Part shown: positions 49,107 to 59,006 of the stretch, piece by piece
How positions within the stretch are numbered: the stretch's first letter is position 1
Layout: each line of letters starts with the position of its first letter
Source of the DNA: Myxococcota bacterium
GTDB taxonomy: Bacteria; Myxococcota_A; Polyangia; Nannocystales; Nannocystaceae
Length of the DNA: 64,000 nt
Assembly (NCBI GenBank): GCA_039028615.1
Contig: JBCCHT010000037.1
Coordinates: forward strand, 32,001 to 96,000
Reading direction: 5' to 3'
Made by a program: the position numbers and the translations under genes
The notes under the pieces: model-generated
Seen by the model: only the letters and a program-made list of their open reading frames with translations
Databases searched by the model: none
Told to the model about the DNA's origin: nothing

Positions 49107-49361
49107 ATGGCCACCGAAGACCTTCTCGGAGCGGTGCTCGCGCTCACTCCCGAGCAGCGAGAGCGGCTCGCCGAGGAGATCCAAGTGAGTGTGGCCCACG
49201 ACCGCGGACATGACCCCGCCCAGGTCTCGCCGGATGCCGAACTCACGGCGCAGCTCGACCGTCGCATCGAGGCGCTCGATCGAGGCGAGGCCAAAACGGT
49301 CACCCTCGCAGACGCGCAGGCGAGTGTGATGCGGCGTTTGGCGAGCGTGTCGAAGAAGTGA
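49107..49361 (+). CDS. Addiction-module antitoxin (TIGR02574-like)
   Basis: LALTPEQRERLAEEI..LDRRIEALDRGEAKTV; GTGA overlap with the toxin gene. Confidence 0.8.
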   Translation: MATEDLLGAVLALTPEQRERLAEEIQVSVAHDRGHDPAQVSPDAELTAQLDRRIEALDRGEAKTVTLADAQASVMRRLASVSKK

Positions 49362-49660
49362 TCGTCGAGCTGCACGAGGCCGCGTCCGCCGAGTTGGACG
49401 ACGGTGCCGCGTGGTACGAGGCGCAGCGCGAGGGACTCGGCTACGCGTTCGCACGCGAGGTCATGACCGCGGCGGAGAAGATCGGCGAGTTCCCGACGAC
49501 GTGGCCGCGATGGCCGGACCGAGCCGAGATTCGCGTCGTGCGAGTGAAGCGCTTTCCGTATCACTTGCCCTACGTCGTGCGCGGCGATCGTGCGGTCGTC
49601 CTCGCGGTCGCTCACGACAAGCGGCGACGCGGCTACTGGCTCGACGACCGAGCGCGTTGA
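49358..49660 (+). CDS. RelE/ParE-family type II toxin
   Basis: HEAASAELDDGAAWYEAQREGLG..RFPYHLPY..VLAVAHDKRRRGYW. Confidence 0.88.
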   Translation: MIVELHEAASAELDDGAAWYEAQREGLGYAFAREVMTAAEKIGEFPTTWPRWPDRAEIRVVRVKRFPYHLPYVVRGDRAVVLAVAHDKRRRGYWLDDRAR

Positions 49661-49672
49661 CGGGCGCCCACG

Positions 49673-49708
49673 AAAAAGCGGCAGCGTTCCGAAGAACGTT
49701 GCCGCTTT
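49673..49708. terminator. Bidirectional terminator shared by tRNA-Met and the TA operon
   Basis: AAAAAGCGGCAGCGTTC-CGAA-GAACGTTGCCGCTTT. Confidence 0.8.
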
Positions 49709-49712
49709 GGGG

Positions 49713-49786
<74 letters not shown>

Positions 49787-50081
49787 GTGCCGGCTTCATC
49801 ACCGCGGTTGCGGTGCGAGCGGGACGCTTTATGCGTCGGTCGCCGGGCGTCGTCAAGACCACTGTGGGCCGCTTTGATCAAAGTGGAGATCGGTTGCCCG
49901 GGAAAAGCGCGTCACCTCCGTATGCTCACATCGGGCCAGACGGTGTTGAGCGGCGCTAAGTGCCCGTGACTCAACACATTTGCCGCTTGGCACCCGCGTG
50001 GTAAGTCGCGAATCGACACCGGGCCATGGCCCGGGCGGAAGGTCCGTCCGCGCTGGCTTGCCTGGGTCGAAGGCGTTGCCC

Positions 50082-51260
50082 ATGTCTCGCGAAGTCGTGA
50101 TCGTCAGCGCAGCCCGTACGCCGATCGGTAGCTTCGGCGGTGCGCTGTCCACCGTTCCTTCCCCCAAGCTGGGCGCCGTGGCCATCAAGGCCGCCCTCGA
50201 GCGCGCTGGCGTCGACGGAGCCGATGTCGACGAGGTGCTGATGGGTTGTGTGCTCCCCGCCGCGGTCGGCCAGGCCCCCGCTCGCCAGGCCATGATGGGC
50301 GCCGGGATCCCCAAGGAGGTCGGCGCGGTCACGGTCAACAAGGTCTGCGGCTCCGGCCTCAAGACGGTGATGCTCGCGGCGCAGGCCATCAAGGCGGGCG
50401 ACGCGGAGATCGTGGTCGCCGGCGGCATGGAGAACATGTCCCTGGCTCCGTACTACCTGCCCAAGGCCCGCACCGGGTACCGCATGGGCAACGGCGAGCT
50501 CGTCGACGGCATGGTCCACGACGGGCTGTGGGATCCGTACAACAACTATCACATGGGCAACGCGGGGGAGCTGTGCGCCTCCGAGCGCAAGATCGACCGT
50601 GAGCGCCAAGACGCCTACGCGGCGCTGTCGTACCGACGCGCTCAGTCGGCCGTCAAAGAAGGGCTGTTCGCCGAGGAGATCGTCCCGGTCGAGGTCCCGC
50701 AGCGCCGCGGCGACCCGGTGGTGGTCGACTCCGACGAGGAGCCCATGCGCGGCAACATCGACAAGCTGCCCAAGCTGCGCACCGCGTTCGCCAAGAACGG
50801 CACGATCACCGCGGGCAATGCCTCGTCCATCAACGACGGCGCCGCCGCGGTGGTGGTGATGTCGGCCGAGGAAGCGCAAAAGCGCAAGCTGACCCCGCTG
50901 GCCACGATCACCGGGTACGCCGGGGCCGCGCACGCGCCCGAGTGGTTCACCACCGCGCCCGCCAAGTCGATCGCCAAGCTGCTCGACAAGACCGGGCACA
51001 AGGCGGACGACGTGGACCTGTGGGAGGTCAACGAGGCCTTCGCCGTGGTCTCGCTGGTCAACCAAGACGAGGTCGGCATCGCCGACGAGCGCATCAACGT
51101 GCGCGGCGGTGCGGTGGCCCTGGGTCACCCCATCGGCTGCTCGGGCACCCGAATCCTGGTCACCCTGCTGCACGCGATGAAGCAGATGGACAAGCAGCGG
51201 GGCGTGGCCTCGCTGTGCATCGGTGGCGGCGAGGCCGTGGCCCTGATGGTGGAGCGATAG
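50082..51260 (+). CDS. Acetyl-CoA C-acyltransferase (thiolase)
   Basis: NKVCGSG, GGMENMS, NEAFA, GHPIGCSG, CIGGG. Confidence 0.96.
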   Translation: MSREVVIVSAARTPIGSFGGALSTVPSPKLGAVAIKAALERAGVDGADVDEVLMGCVLPAAVGQAPARQAMMGAGIPKEVGAVTVNKVCGSGLKTVMLAAQAIKAGDAEIVVAGGMENMSLAPYYLPKARTGYRMGNGELVDGMVHDGLWDPYNNYHMGNAGELCASERKIDRERQDAYAALSYRRAQSAVKEGLFAEEIVPVEVPQRRGDPVVVDSDEEPMRGNIDKLPKLRTAFAKNGTITAGNASSINDGAAAVVVMSAEEAQKRKLTPLATITGYAGAAHAPEWFTTAPAKSIAKLLDKTGHKADDVDLWEVNEAFAVVSLVNQDEVGIADERINVRGGAVALGHPIGCSGTRILVTLLHAMKQMDKQRGVASLCIGGGEAVALMVER

Positions 51261-51264
51261 ACGC

Positions 51265-52134
<870 letters not shown>

Positions 52135-52929
52135 GTGGGCTTCGAGACGCTCCGGGTCCAGGACGAGCCCGTCGAGGGCATCGATGGCAAGATCCGCGTG
52201 GTGACCATCGCCCGGCCGAAGGTGCTCAACGCCCTGTCGGCCCAGGTGGTCGAGGAACTCGGCCAAGTGGTCGAGGCCACAGCGGGCGACGACATTCGCG
52301 GGCTGCTGCTCACGGGCGAGGGCAAGGCCTTCGTAGCCGGAGCCGACATCGCGGCGATGTCCGAGATGTCCCCCGACGAAGCGCTCGCCTTCGCGGGCAA
52401 GGGCCACGCGCTGGGGCAGATGCTCGGGGCGTTGCCCATTCCCGTGCTCGCGGCCGTCAACGGCTTCGCGCTGGGTGGAGGCTGCGAGCTGGCGCTGGCC
52501 TGCGACTTCATCTACGCCAGCGAGAAGGCCAAGTTCGGGCAGCCCGAGGTCAAGCTCGCGGTCATCCCCGGCTTCGGCGGCACCCAGCGGCTGCTTCGTC
52601 GCGTGGGCCTGGCCCGGGCCATCGAGCTGTGTCTGACCGGCGACATGATCCGCGCCGACGAGGCGCTGCGCATCGGCCTGGCCAATCGCGTGCTGCCCCC
52701 CGACGAGCTCATCTCGGAGTCGCTGGCGACCCTGAGCCGCATCGCGCAGCAGGGCCCGGTCGCCGTGGCCAAGGCCAAAGAGGTGCTGCATCGCGGCGCC
52801 GACATGCCGCTGGCCGAGGGCAACGAGCTGGAGCAGCAGGCCTTTGCTAGCCTGTTCGCCACCGCCGACCAGCGCGAGGGCATGGCCGCCTTCCTGGCCA
52901 AGCGCCCCGCGAAGTTCACCGGGCGTTGA
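52135..52929 (+). CDS. Enoyl-CoA hydratase (crotonase)
   Basis: AFVAGADI, GFALGGGCELA, FGQPEV..IPGFGGTQRL. Confidence 0.95.
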   Translation: MGFETLRVQDEPVEGIDGKIRVVTIARPKVLNALSAQVVEELGQVVEATAGDDIRGLLLTGEGKAFVAGADIAAMSEMSPDEALAFAGKGHALGQMLGALPIPVLAAVNGFALGGGCELALACDFIYASEKAKFGQPEVKLAVIPGFGGTQRLLRRVGLARAIELCLTGDMIRADEALRIGLANRVLPPDELISESLATLSRIAQQGPVAVAKAKEVLHRGADMPLAEGNELEQQAFASLFATADQREGMAAFLAKRPAKFTGR

Positions 52930-52981
52930 CCCGTTTCGCCCGCCGAATCCCACTTTTTAGAGACGAACGAGAGCCGAGTCG

Positions 52982-54124
52982 ATGGATCTTTCGCTGACCG
53001 ACGAACAAGAGCAGCTTTTGCGCATGGTGAAGGAATTCGCCGAGCGCGAGATCAAGCCGGCCGCCGCCGAGATCGACAAGAACGCTCGGTTTCCGAAGGA
53101 GCTGGTCGCTCGCATGGCCGAGCTCGGCCTGCTGGGCATCGAGGTCCCCGTGGACTACGGGGGCAGCGAGCTCGACACGCTGAGCTACGTCCTCGCCATG
53201 GAGGAGATCTCGGCCGCGTGCGCGTCGACCGGGGTCATCATGAGCGTCAATAACTCGCTCGTGTGCGACCCGCTGCTGAAGTTCGCGAACGACGAGCAGA
53301 AAGAGCAATGGCTCACCCCGCTCGCGTCGGGGGAGAAGCTCGGCTGCTTCATGCTCAGCGAGCCCGAGGCGGGCTCGGACGCGGCCGCCCAGAAAACCGT
53401 CGCCACGCGCACCGACGGCGGCTACCTCATCGACGGCACCAAGAACTGGATCACCAACGGTCCCCAGGCGGACACCGGGATCCTGCTGTGCATGACCGAC
53501 AAGGAGAAGGGGCACCGCGGCATCACGGCGTTCATCATCGACATGAACGCCAAGGGCGTGCGTCGGGGTTCCAAGGACGACAAGCTGGGCATCCGCGGTA
53601 GCCACAGCTGCCAGATCTTCTTCGACAACCACTTCGTGCCCGACGCTCAGCGGCTGGGCAACGAGGGCGATGGCTTCAAGGTCGCCATGGCCACGCTCGA
53701 CTGCGGCCGCATCGGCATCGCGGCGCAGGCCCTGGGCATTGCTCGTGGGGCGTTCGAGGCGGCGGCCGAGTACGCCTGCGAGCGCAAGACCTTCGGCAAG
53801 CGGATCATCGAGCATCAGGCCGTTGCGTTCATGCTGGCCGACATGGAGACCGAGATCGACGCGGCGCGCTTGCTCACCTGGCGGGCTGCGGCCATGAAGA
53901 TGGCCAAGCAACGGCACTCCAAGGAGTCGGCCATGGCCAAGCTCATGGCCTCCGAGGTCGCCAACAAGGTGGCCAAGGACGCCATCCAAGTGCACGGCGG
54001 CAACGGCTACGTCAGCGAGTACCCGGTCGAGCGGTTCTACCGAGACGCCAAGATCACCGAGATCTACGAGGGAACCTCCGAGATCCAGCGGGTCGTCATC
54101 TCCTCGCACTTGCTGCGGGGCTGA
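52982..54124 (+). CDS. Acyl-CoA dehydrogenase (short-chain type, all motifs intact)
   Basis: LSEPEAGSD, KNWITNG, RKTFG, QVHGGNGY, IYEGTSEIQR. Confidence 0.95.
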   Translation: MDLSLTDEQEQLLRMVKEFAEREIKPAAAEIDKNARFPKELVARMAELGLLGIEVPVDYGGSELDTLSYVLAMEEISAACASTGVIMSVNNSLVCDPLLKFANDEQKEQWLTPLASGEKLGCFMLSEPEAGSDAAAQKTVATRTDGGYLIDGTKNWITNGPQADTGILLCMTDKEKGHRGITAFIIDMNAKGVRRGSKDDKLGIRGSHSCQIFFDNHFVPDAQRLGNEGDGFKVAMATLDCGRIGIAAQALGIARGAFEAAAEYACERKTFGKRIIEHQAVAFMLADMETEIDAARLLTWRAAAMKMAKQRHSKESAMAKLMASEVANKVAKDAIQVHGGNGYVSEYPVERFYRDAKITEIYEGTSEIQRVVISSHLLRG

Positions 54125-54279
54125 AGCAAAGGGGCCGGCGGCGGCATGATGTCGATGGGCTCGGTATCCCCGATTACGCATCGGTCCTCGGGTCGTGCCC
54201 TCGGCCCAGGGCGCTGGCCGCACCGACGAGCGCGGCGGTATAAACACCCCGAGCCGCCGCTCACTCGAAGGAGCCGACG

Positions 54280-54804
54280 ATGAACCGAAGCGCCCTGTGT
54301 CTCGCCCTGCTGATCGCCCTGCCCGTGCTGCCCGGATGCAAGCAGTCCAAGGACTCGGATAACCCCGACGTCGCCGCGGGCTATCGCGACGACAACAAGT
54401 ACCAGGACGACATCGTCACCGCCCGGACGCGCAAGGACTACGACGACCAGGGCCAGGCGATCGATCCCAAGACGCTGGCCGCCATCGAGGACACGATCAA
54501 GACCGTGTACCTGCGCGACCTCGAGCGCTGCCTCGAAGACGAGATGGAGACCGAGGGCACCCGCTTCATGCGGAGCGTGTTCACGGTGCAGTTCGACATC
54601 GACACCGAGGGGCAGGCCGGAGGCGCCAAGGTCCTGGAGATCGGCGTCCGCAAGCAAAACGCCAAGGGGACCGACGCCGGCGAGGTCGATCCGGCCAGCT
54701 TCAAGGGCTGCCTCGAGACCATCATCGCCGAGTGGGTCTTCGACCCCGCCCCCGAGGCCCCGTACAGCCACACCTACCGCGGACAGGTAGGCGAGGCGTT
54801 CTGA
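54280..54804 (+). CDS. Lipoprotein with TonB-C-like (AgmX/PglI C-terminal-type) domain
   Basis: VLPGC lipobox; L.RC.E...V.F.I...G....C....I..W.F pattern. Confidence 0.6.
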   Translation: MNRSALCLALLIALPVLPGCKQSKDSDNPDVAAGYRDDNKYQDDIVTARTRKDYDDQGQAIDPKTLAAIEDTIKTVYLRDLERCLEDEMETEGTRFMRSVFTVQFDIDTEGQAGGAKVLEIGVRKQNAKGTDAGEVDPASFKGCLETIIAEWVFDPAPEAPYSHTYRGQVGEAF

Positions 54805-54820
54805 CCCGACCGCTACCTTC

Positions 54821-55981
54821 ATGATCGACTTTCGCCCCACCGAGCAGCAACGGGCCGTCCAAGACAAGGCCCGCGACTTCGCCCAGCAAGTGCTGGCCCC
54901 GGCTGCGGTCGGGCTCGACCGCGAGGGGGGCTTTCCCCACGAAAACCTCGCGGCTGCGGCCAGCGCTGGCCTTTGTGGGGTCAACATCCCCACCGCGCTG
55001 GGCGGCCTGGGGGCGGGCGTCGTGTCCTATAGCCTGGCGATCACCGAGACCGCCCAGGCCTGTGCCGCCACCACCGTCGCGCTGTGCGTGACCAACATGG
55101 TCGGCGAGGTCGTGGCGCACTTCGGCAACGACGACCAGCGCACGCACTTCGTGCCGCGGCTTTGCAGCGGCGAGCTGAAGGTCGGTGCGTTCGCGCTCTC
55201 CGAGGCCGGCGCGGGCAGTGACCCCGGCGGCATGCGGACCAAGGCCACGCGCACCGACAAGGGCTGGGTGATCGAGGGCTCCAAGCTGTGGATCACCAGC
55301 GGCACCGATGCTGGGCTCTTCGTCGTGTGGGCCAAGACCAGCGACGCGCCCGGCACCCGCGGCATCTCGACCTTCCTGGTCCCCGGAGACACGCCGGGCC
55401 TGATTCGCGGCAAGCCCGAGCACAAGATGGGCCTCAACGGCAGCACCACCACCGCCATCGACTTCGAGGGCTGCGAGGTGGGGCCCGAGGCCTTGCTCGG
55501 TGAAGAGGGCCGAGGCTTCCCCGTGGCCATGATGGCACTCGACGGCGGCCGCATCGGCATCGCCTCGCAATCGCTGGGCATCGGATTGGCCGCCACCGAG
55601 ACCGCCCGTCGGTTCGCGGTGGAGCGCGAGCGCAACGGTCAGCCGCTGTCCCGTACGCAAGCCGTGCAGTGGGCCCTGGCCGACAACGCCACCGAGCTCG
55701 ATGCCGCCCGGCTGCTCACCTTGCGCGCCGCCATGCTCAAGGAGCAGAAGGTCGCGTTCTCCCGCGAGGCCTCCATCGCCAAGGTCTTCACCACCGAGCG
55801 TTCCTTCGCCGCCTGTGGTCGGGCCATCGAGGTCCTGGGCGACGAGGGCACCGACGAAGCCGGCGGCGTCGAGCGGAACTTCCGCGACGTGCGGGTCACC
55901 ATGATCTACGAGGGCACCTCCGAGGTGCAGCGCATCGTCATCAGCCGGGACATCATGCGCCGGTTCTCGCAGGGACACTGA
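54821..55981 (+). CDS. Acyl-CoA dehydrogenase (catalytic Glu kept, GGxGY motif degenerate)
   Basis: LSEAGAGSD, KLWITSG, IYEGTSEVQR; GDEGTD in place of GGxGY. Confidence 0.9.
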   Translation: MIDFRPTEQQRAVQDKARDFAQQVLAPAAVGLDREGGFPHENLAAAASAGLCGVNIPTALGGLGAGVVSYSLAITETAQACAATTVALCVTNMVGEVVAHFGNDDQRTHFVPRLCSGELKVGAFALSEAGAGSDPGGMRTKATRTDKGWVIEGSKLWITSGTDAGLFVVWAKTSDAPGTRGISTFLVPGDTPGLIRGKPEHKMGLNGSTTTAIDFEGCEVGPEALLGEEGRGFPVAMMALDGGRIGIASQSLGIGLAATETARRFAVERERNGQPLSRTQAVQWALADNATELDAARLLTLRAAMLKEQKVAFSREASIAKVFTTERSFAACGRAIEVLGDEGTDEAGGVERNFRDVRVTMIYEGTSEVQRIVISRDIMRRFSQGH

Positions 55982-55984
55982 GCC

Positions 55985-57139
55985 ATGGATCTTTCGCTGA
56001 CCGAAGAGGACGAGCTGCTCCGCGACACCGTGCGCGAGCTGGGCCAGCAACGGGTTCGCCCGCACGCGATCGAGTGGGACGAAGCCCGCGCCTTGCCCGA
56101 AGGTCTGATGGCCGAGCTGGGCGAGATGGGGCTCACCGCCATGGAGCTGCCCGAGGACGAGGGCGGCACCGCGCTGTCGGCTGTGGCCGCGGCGGCATTG
56201 GTGGGTGAGCTTGCGGCGGCCGATGGAGCGCTGGCGCTGCGGGTGCTTCGGCACAACACGTTCGGGCTGGGGCACGTGATGCTCGGGCTTGCCGACGACG
56301 TGCGTGAGGCGGAGCTGCCCGCGATGGCCGAGGGCCGCGTCGAGGTAGCGTGGGCGCTCTCCGAGCAGGGGAGCACCACCGATCCGGGGTCGATTCAGAC
56401 GCGAGCGGTTCGTGACGGCGACCACTGGGTGCTCGATGGGCACAAGCAGCATGTCGTGGGCGGAGCGACGGCCGGGCGCATCGTGGTGCTCGCCACGACG
56501 GCCAAGGGCGACTCGACTGCGGACGACATCGTGGCGTTGTTGGTCGATGGTGATGCGGATGGGCTGACGCGGGGCGAGCCCGTGCGGACCATGGGCATGC
56601 GTGCCGCCGGGACGGCGCATTTGCGGTTCGAGCAGGTGCGGGTGCCTGCGTCGCGGATGCTGGGCGAACCTGGACAAGCCTGGGGTCACGCCATGGAACT
56701 GCTCGACCGTGCCCGCATCGGGATGGCCGCGCTCGCGTGCGGCATCGGTCGTGGCGCGCTGCAGGTGTCCACGGCGTATGCCAAGGAGCGCGAGCAGTTC
56801 GGTAAGCCGATCGCGTCGTTCCAGGCGATTCAGTGGAAGCTCGCCGACATGGCCACGACCCTCGAGGCGGCTTGGCTGCTCACGATGCGGGCGGCGTGGC
56901 TGTGTGACAGCGGGCAGGAGTTCGCGGCCGCGGCCAGCCGGGCCAAGATTGCGGCTACGACTGCGGCGACGCGGGGCTGCTCCGAGGCGCTGCAGGTGCA
57001 CGGGGGCTACGGCTACACGCGTGAATTCCCGGTCGAGAAGGCGCTTCGCGACGCGCGGTGGTGCGAAAGCAGCGGGGGGACCAACGAGGTGCCCCGTACG
57101 CTCGTCTCGCAGGCGATCGCAGCTCGCTACACGGGCTGA
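55985..57139 (+). CDS. Acyl-CoA dehydrogenase-like protein lacking the catalytic Glu
   Basis: REQFGKPIASFQAIQ and QVHGGYGY intact; ESSGGTNE instead of IYEGTxE. Confidence 0.88.
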   Translation: MDLSLTEEDELLRDTVRELGQQRVRPHAIEWDEARALPEGLMAELGEMGLTAMELPEDEGGTALSAVAAAALVGELAAADGALALRVLRHNTFGLGHVMLGLADDVREAELPAMAEGRVEVAWALSEQGSTTDPGSIQTRAVRDGDHWVLDGHKQHVVGGATAGRIVVLATTAKGDSTADDIVALLVDGDADGLTRGEPVRTMGMRAAGTAHLRFEQVRVPASRMLGEPGQAWGHAMELLDRARIGMAALACGIGRGALQVSTAYAKEREQFGKPIASFQAIQWKLADMATTLEAAWLLTMRAAWLCDSGQEFAAAASRAKIAATTAATRGCSEALQVHGGYGYTREFPVEKALRDARWCESSGGTNEVPRTLVSQAIAARYTG

Positions 57140-57148
57140 GGGCCTCGT

Positions 57149-58945
57149 CTAGTCGAGGCCCCAGAGCACCGCGGCTTCGAACATCTGCAGGCCGATGGTC
57201 CCGAGCTGGCCGTTGGCTCCGAAACCACCGTCCACATCGCCGCCGAAGCCAATTCGTCGCCCGGGCGCCGTGAACCCGTTGTCCATCGTATCGCCCGCCT
57301 CGAAGGCATAGATGGTCACCTCATCCGGCGCACCGACCCGCGAAGCAACCACCTGAGCCCCGGCCGGCGGCGAGACGTGGAAAATACCCGAGCCCGGATC
57401 TTCGAGCATGAACTCCACGGTCCCCGTCTGCCCCGCGGCGATCGGATGGGTCTCATCGACAATTGTGATGTCGATGTCGTCCACGGCGATACCCGCCTGC
57501 GACATGAACATGTCGTCCCAGATGAGCGCCTCCATCACCAACACGGGCTCGTCGACATCACGGAACGTGTCGCCCACCTGAAACGACGTCGCGCTCTCGC
57601 TGACGACCACGATCGCAGTCGGATCGGCATCGGCGGCGGTCGACAAGTTGTCCTGGCTCAAGATGACGGTCAGCCCCAAGGACTGCAGCAGCGGCACCAT
57701 CGGCGCATCGAGTGACGAGTTCGCCGTCCCGTTCTGCGTGACGAGCAAGGCACAGCGCTCGGTGCCCGGCGAGGAGTCGTCGCAGTCGCTTCCTTCCTCG
57801 GCCCCAGGCGCGACATTGGGCGCATTCCAGTCGCCCCAACCGTCGCCATCATCATCGATGGTGCACAGCTCGGGCTCGGAGGTGGCGGCACCCGTGAAGA
57901 CCTCGGGGTTGGTGTCCGAGCAGTCGGTCCCAATCTCCACGCCCGCGGGCGGCGTGGTGTCGCCGTACTCGTCCCCATCCTCGTCGCGCAGGCACGCCGT
58001 ATCGAGCGGTGGAGTCTCGAGCGGTGCGGCACCGGGGAAGGTGAAGTCCGAGCCGTCATCACAGTCGCTGCCCGCGTTCGCACCGGGCGGCGGCATGGTG
58101 GGCCCCCAGCCGTCACCATCAGCATCGATGGTGCACAAGGTGGGCTCGTTGATGGCGGCACCCGGGAACACGTCGATGTTCCCGTCGTCGCAGTCATCGT
58201 CGTTGGGCACGTGATCGGGCGACGGCGGGTTCCCCATGGTGCCCGGCTCGCAGTTGGTCGGATCGCCAAACCCATCACCATCGATGTCGATGCACCACGT
58301 CGTATCGCAGCGCCCCGCACCCGGGTCTTCGTCGTCGCAGTCGGTGCCAGGGTCGACGCCCATGCCGGGATTCGGATCACCGAACCCATCGTCATCGTCG
58401 TCGTTGGTACACGCGTTGGGGTCTTCGTTCTCGGCCGCACCCGGGAAGGTGTTGGCGTCGTCGTCGTCGCAGTCGCCCTGATCGGTCGGCGGGATGTGCC
58501 CCGGCGGCGGATCGGTGGGGTCCGCGTCGACGCAGCTGTCGAGGTCGGCGAACCCATCGCCGTCGGAGTCGAGGCAAAACGGCTCGAGCCCGCTGGTGCC
58601 ATCGCCTTCGGTCTCGTCGCCCTCGGTCTCGTCACCCTGCGTCTCGTCGCCGTCGGTGTCGCTCCCGTCGGTGTCGTCGGCCCCGGTGCCATCGCCCGAG
58701 CCGGGGCTGCTCCCGCCGCCCTGCGAGGCGCCTCCGCTGCCGTCGTCGTCGAGGCTGACGCCGCCGCCGTCGGTGCCCATGCCGTCGTCGGAGCCTGCGC
58801 CACTGGTTGCGCCACCCTGCGAGACCGCCGCGCAGTTGCCCGAGCCGAAGCCGTCGTCGATGCAGGGGTCTCCGCACCCCACCAGCGCAAACGTGGTCGA
58901 GCTGGCGACGAGCCCCAATACAGAGTGCAAGCGAAGCAAGTTCAT
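57149..58945 (-). CDS. Acidic lipoprotein with six DxDGDGxG...DCDD..PGA metal-binding-type repeats and a C-terminal globular domain
   Basis: FALVGC lipobox, G/D/T-rich linker, repeats at about 57770-58575. Confidence 0.8.
   Translation of the reverse strand: MNLLRLHSVLGLVASSTTFALVGCGDPCIDDGFGSGNCAAVSQGGATSGAGSDDGMGTDGGGVSLDDDGSGGASQGGGSSPGSGDGTGADDTDGSDTDGDETQGDETEGDETEGDGTSGLEPFCLDSDGDGFADLDSCVDADPTDPPPGHIPPTDQGDCDDDDANTFPGAAENEDPNACTNDDDDDGFGDPNPGMGVDPGTDCDDEDPGAGRCDTTWCIDIDGDGFGDPTNCEPGTMGNPPSPDHVPNDDDCDDGNIDVFPGAAINEPTLCTIDADGDGWGPTMPPPGANAGSDCDDGSDFTFPGAAPLETPPLDTACLRDEDGDEYGDTTPPAGVEIGTDCSDTNPEVFTGAATSEPELCTIDDDGDGWGDWNAPNVAPGAEEGSDCDDSSPGTERCALLVTQNGTANSSLDAPMVPLLQSLGLTVILSQDNLSTAADADPTAIVVVSESATSFQVGDTFRDVDEPVLVMEALIWDDMFMSQAGIAVDDIDITIVDETHPIAAGQTGTVEFMLEDPGSGIFHVSPPAGAQVVASRVGAPDEVTIYAFEAGDTMDNGFTAPGRRIGFGGDVDGGFGANGQLGTIGLQMFEAAVLWGLD
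58602..58676. repeat. Five degenerate 15-bp tandem repeats (DETxG/DTDG linker)
   Basis: tcgccttcggtctcg tcgccctcggtctcg tcaccctgcgtctcg tcgccgtcggtgtcg ctcccgtcggtgtcg. Confidence 0.75.
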
Positions 58946-59006
58946 AGGTGTTTCCCTTCCATGTGCGCGGTCGTGGTGTGGGGGGCAGGCCCCCAGGCCG
59001 CATGCA

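Noticed and set aside
48014..49712. Prophage or integrative element at tRNA-Met
   Set aside because: No integrase, att duplication or phage genes are visible.
55985..57139. ACAD-3 as a pseudogene
   Set aside because: Full-length intact ORF with selective retention of inter-subunit FAD motifs, more consistent with a non-catalytic subunit.
57770..58676. CRISPR-like repeat array
   Set aside because: The repeats are degenerate, in-frame protein repeats with no constant repeat/unique spacer structure and no cas genes.
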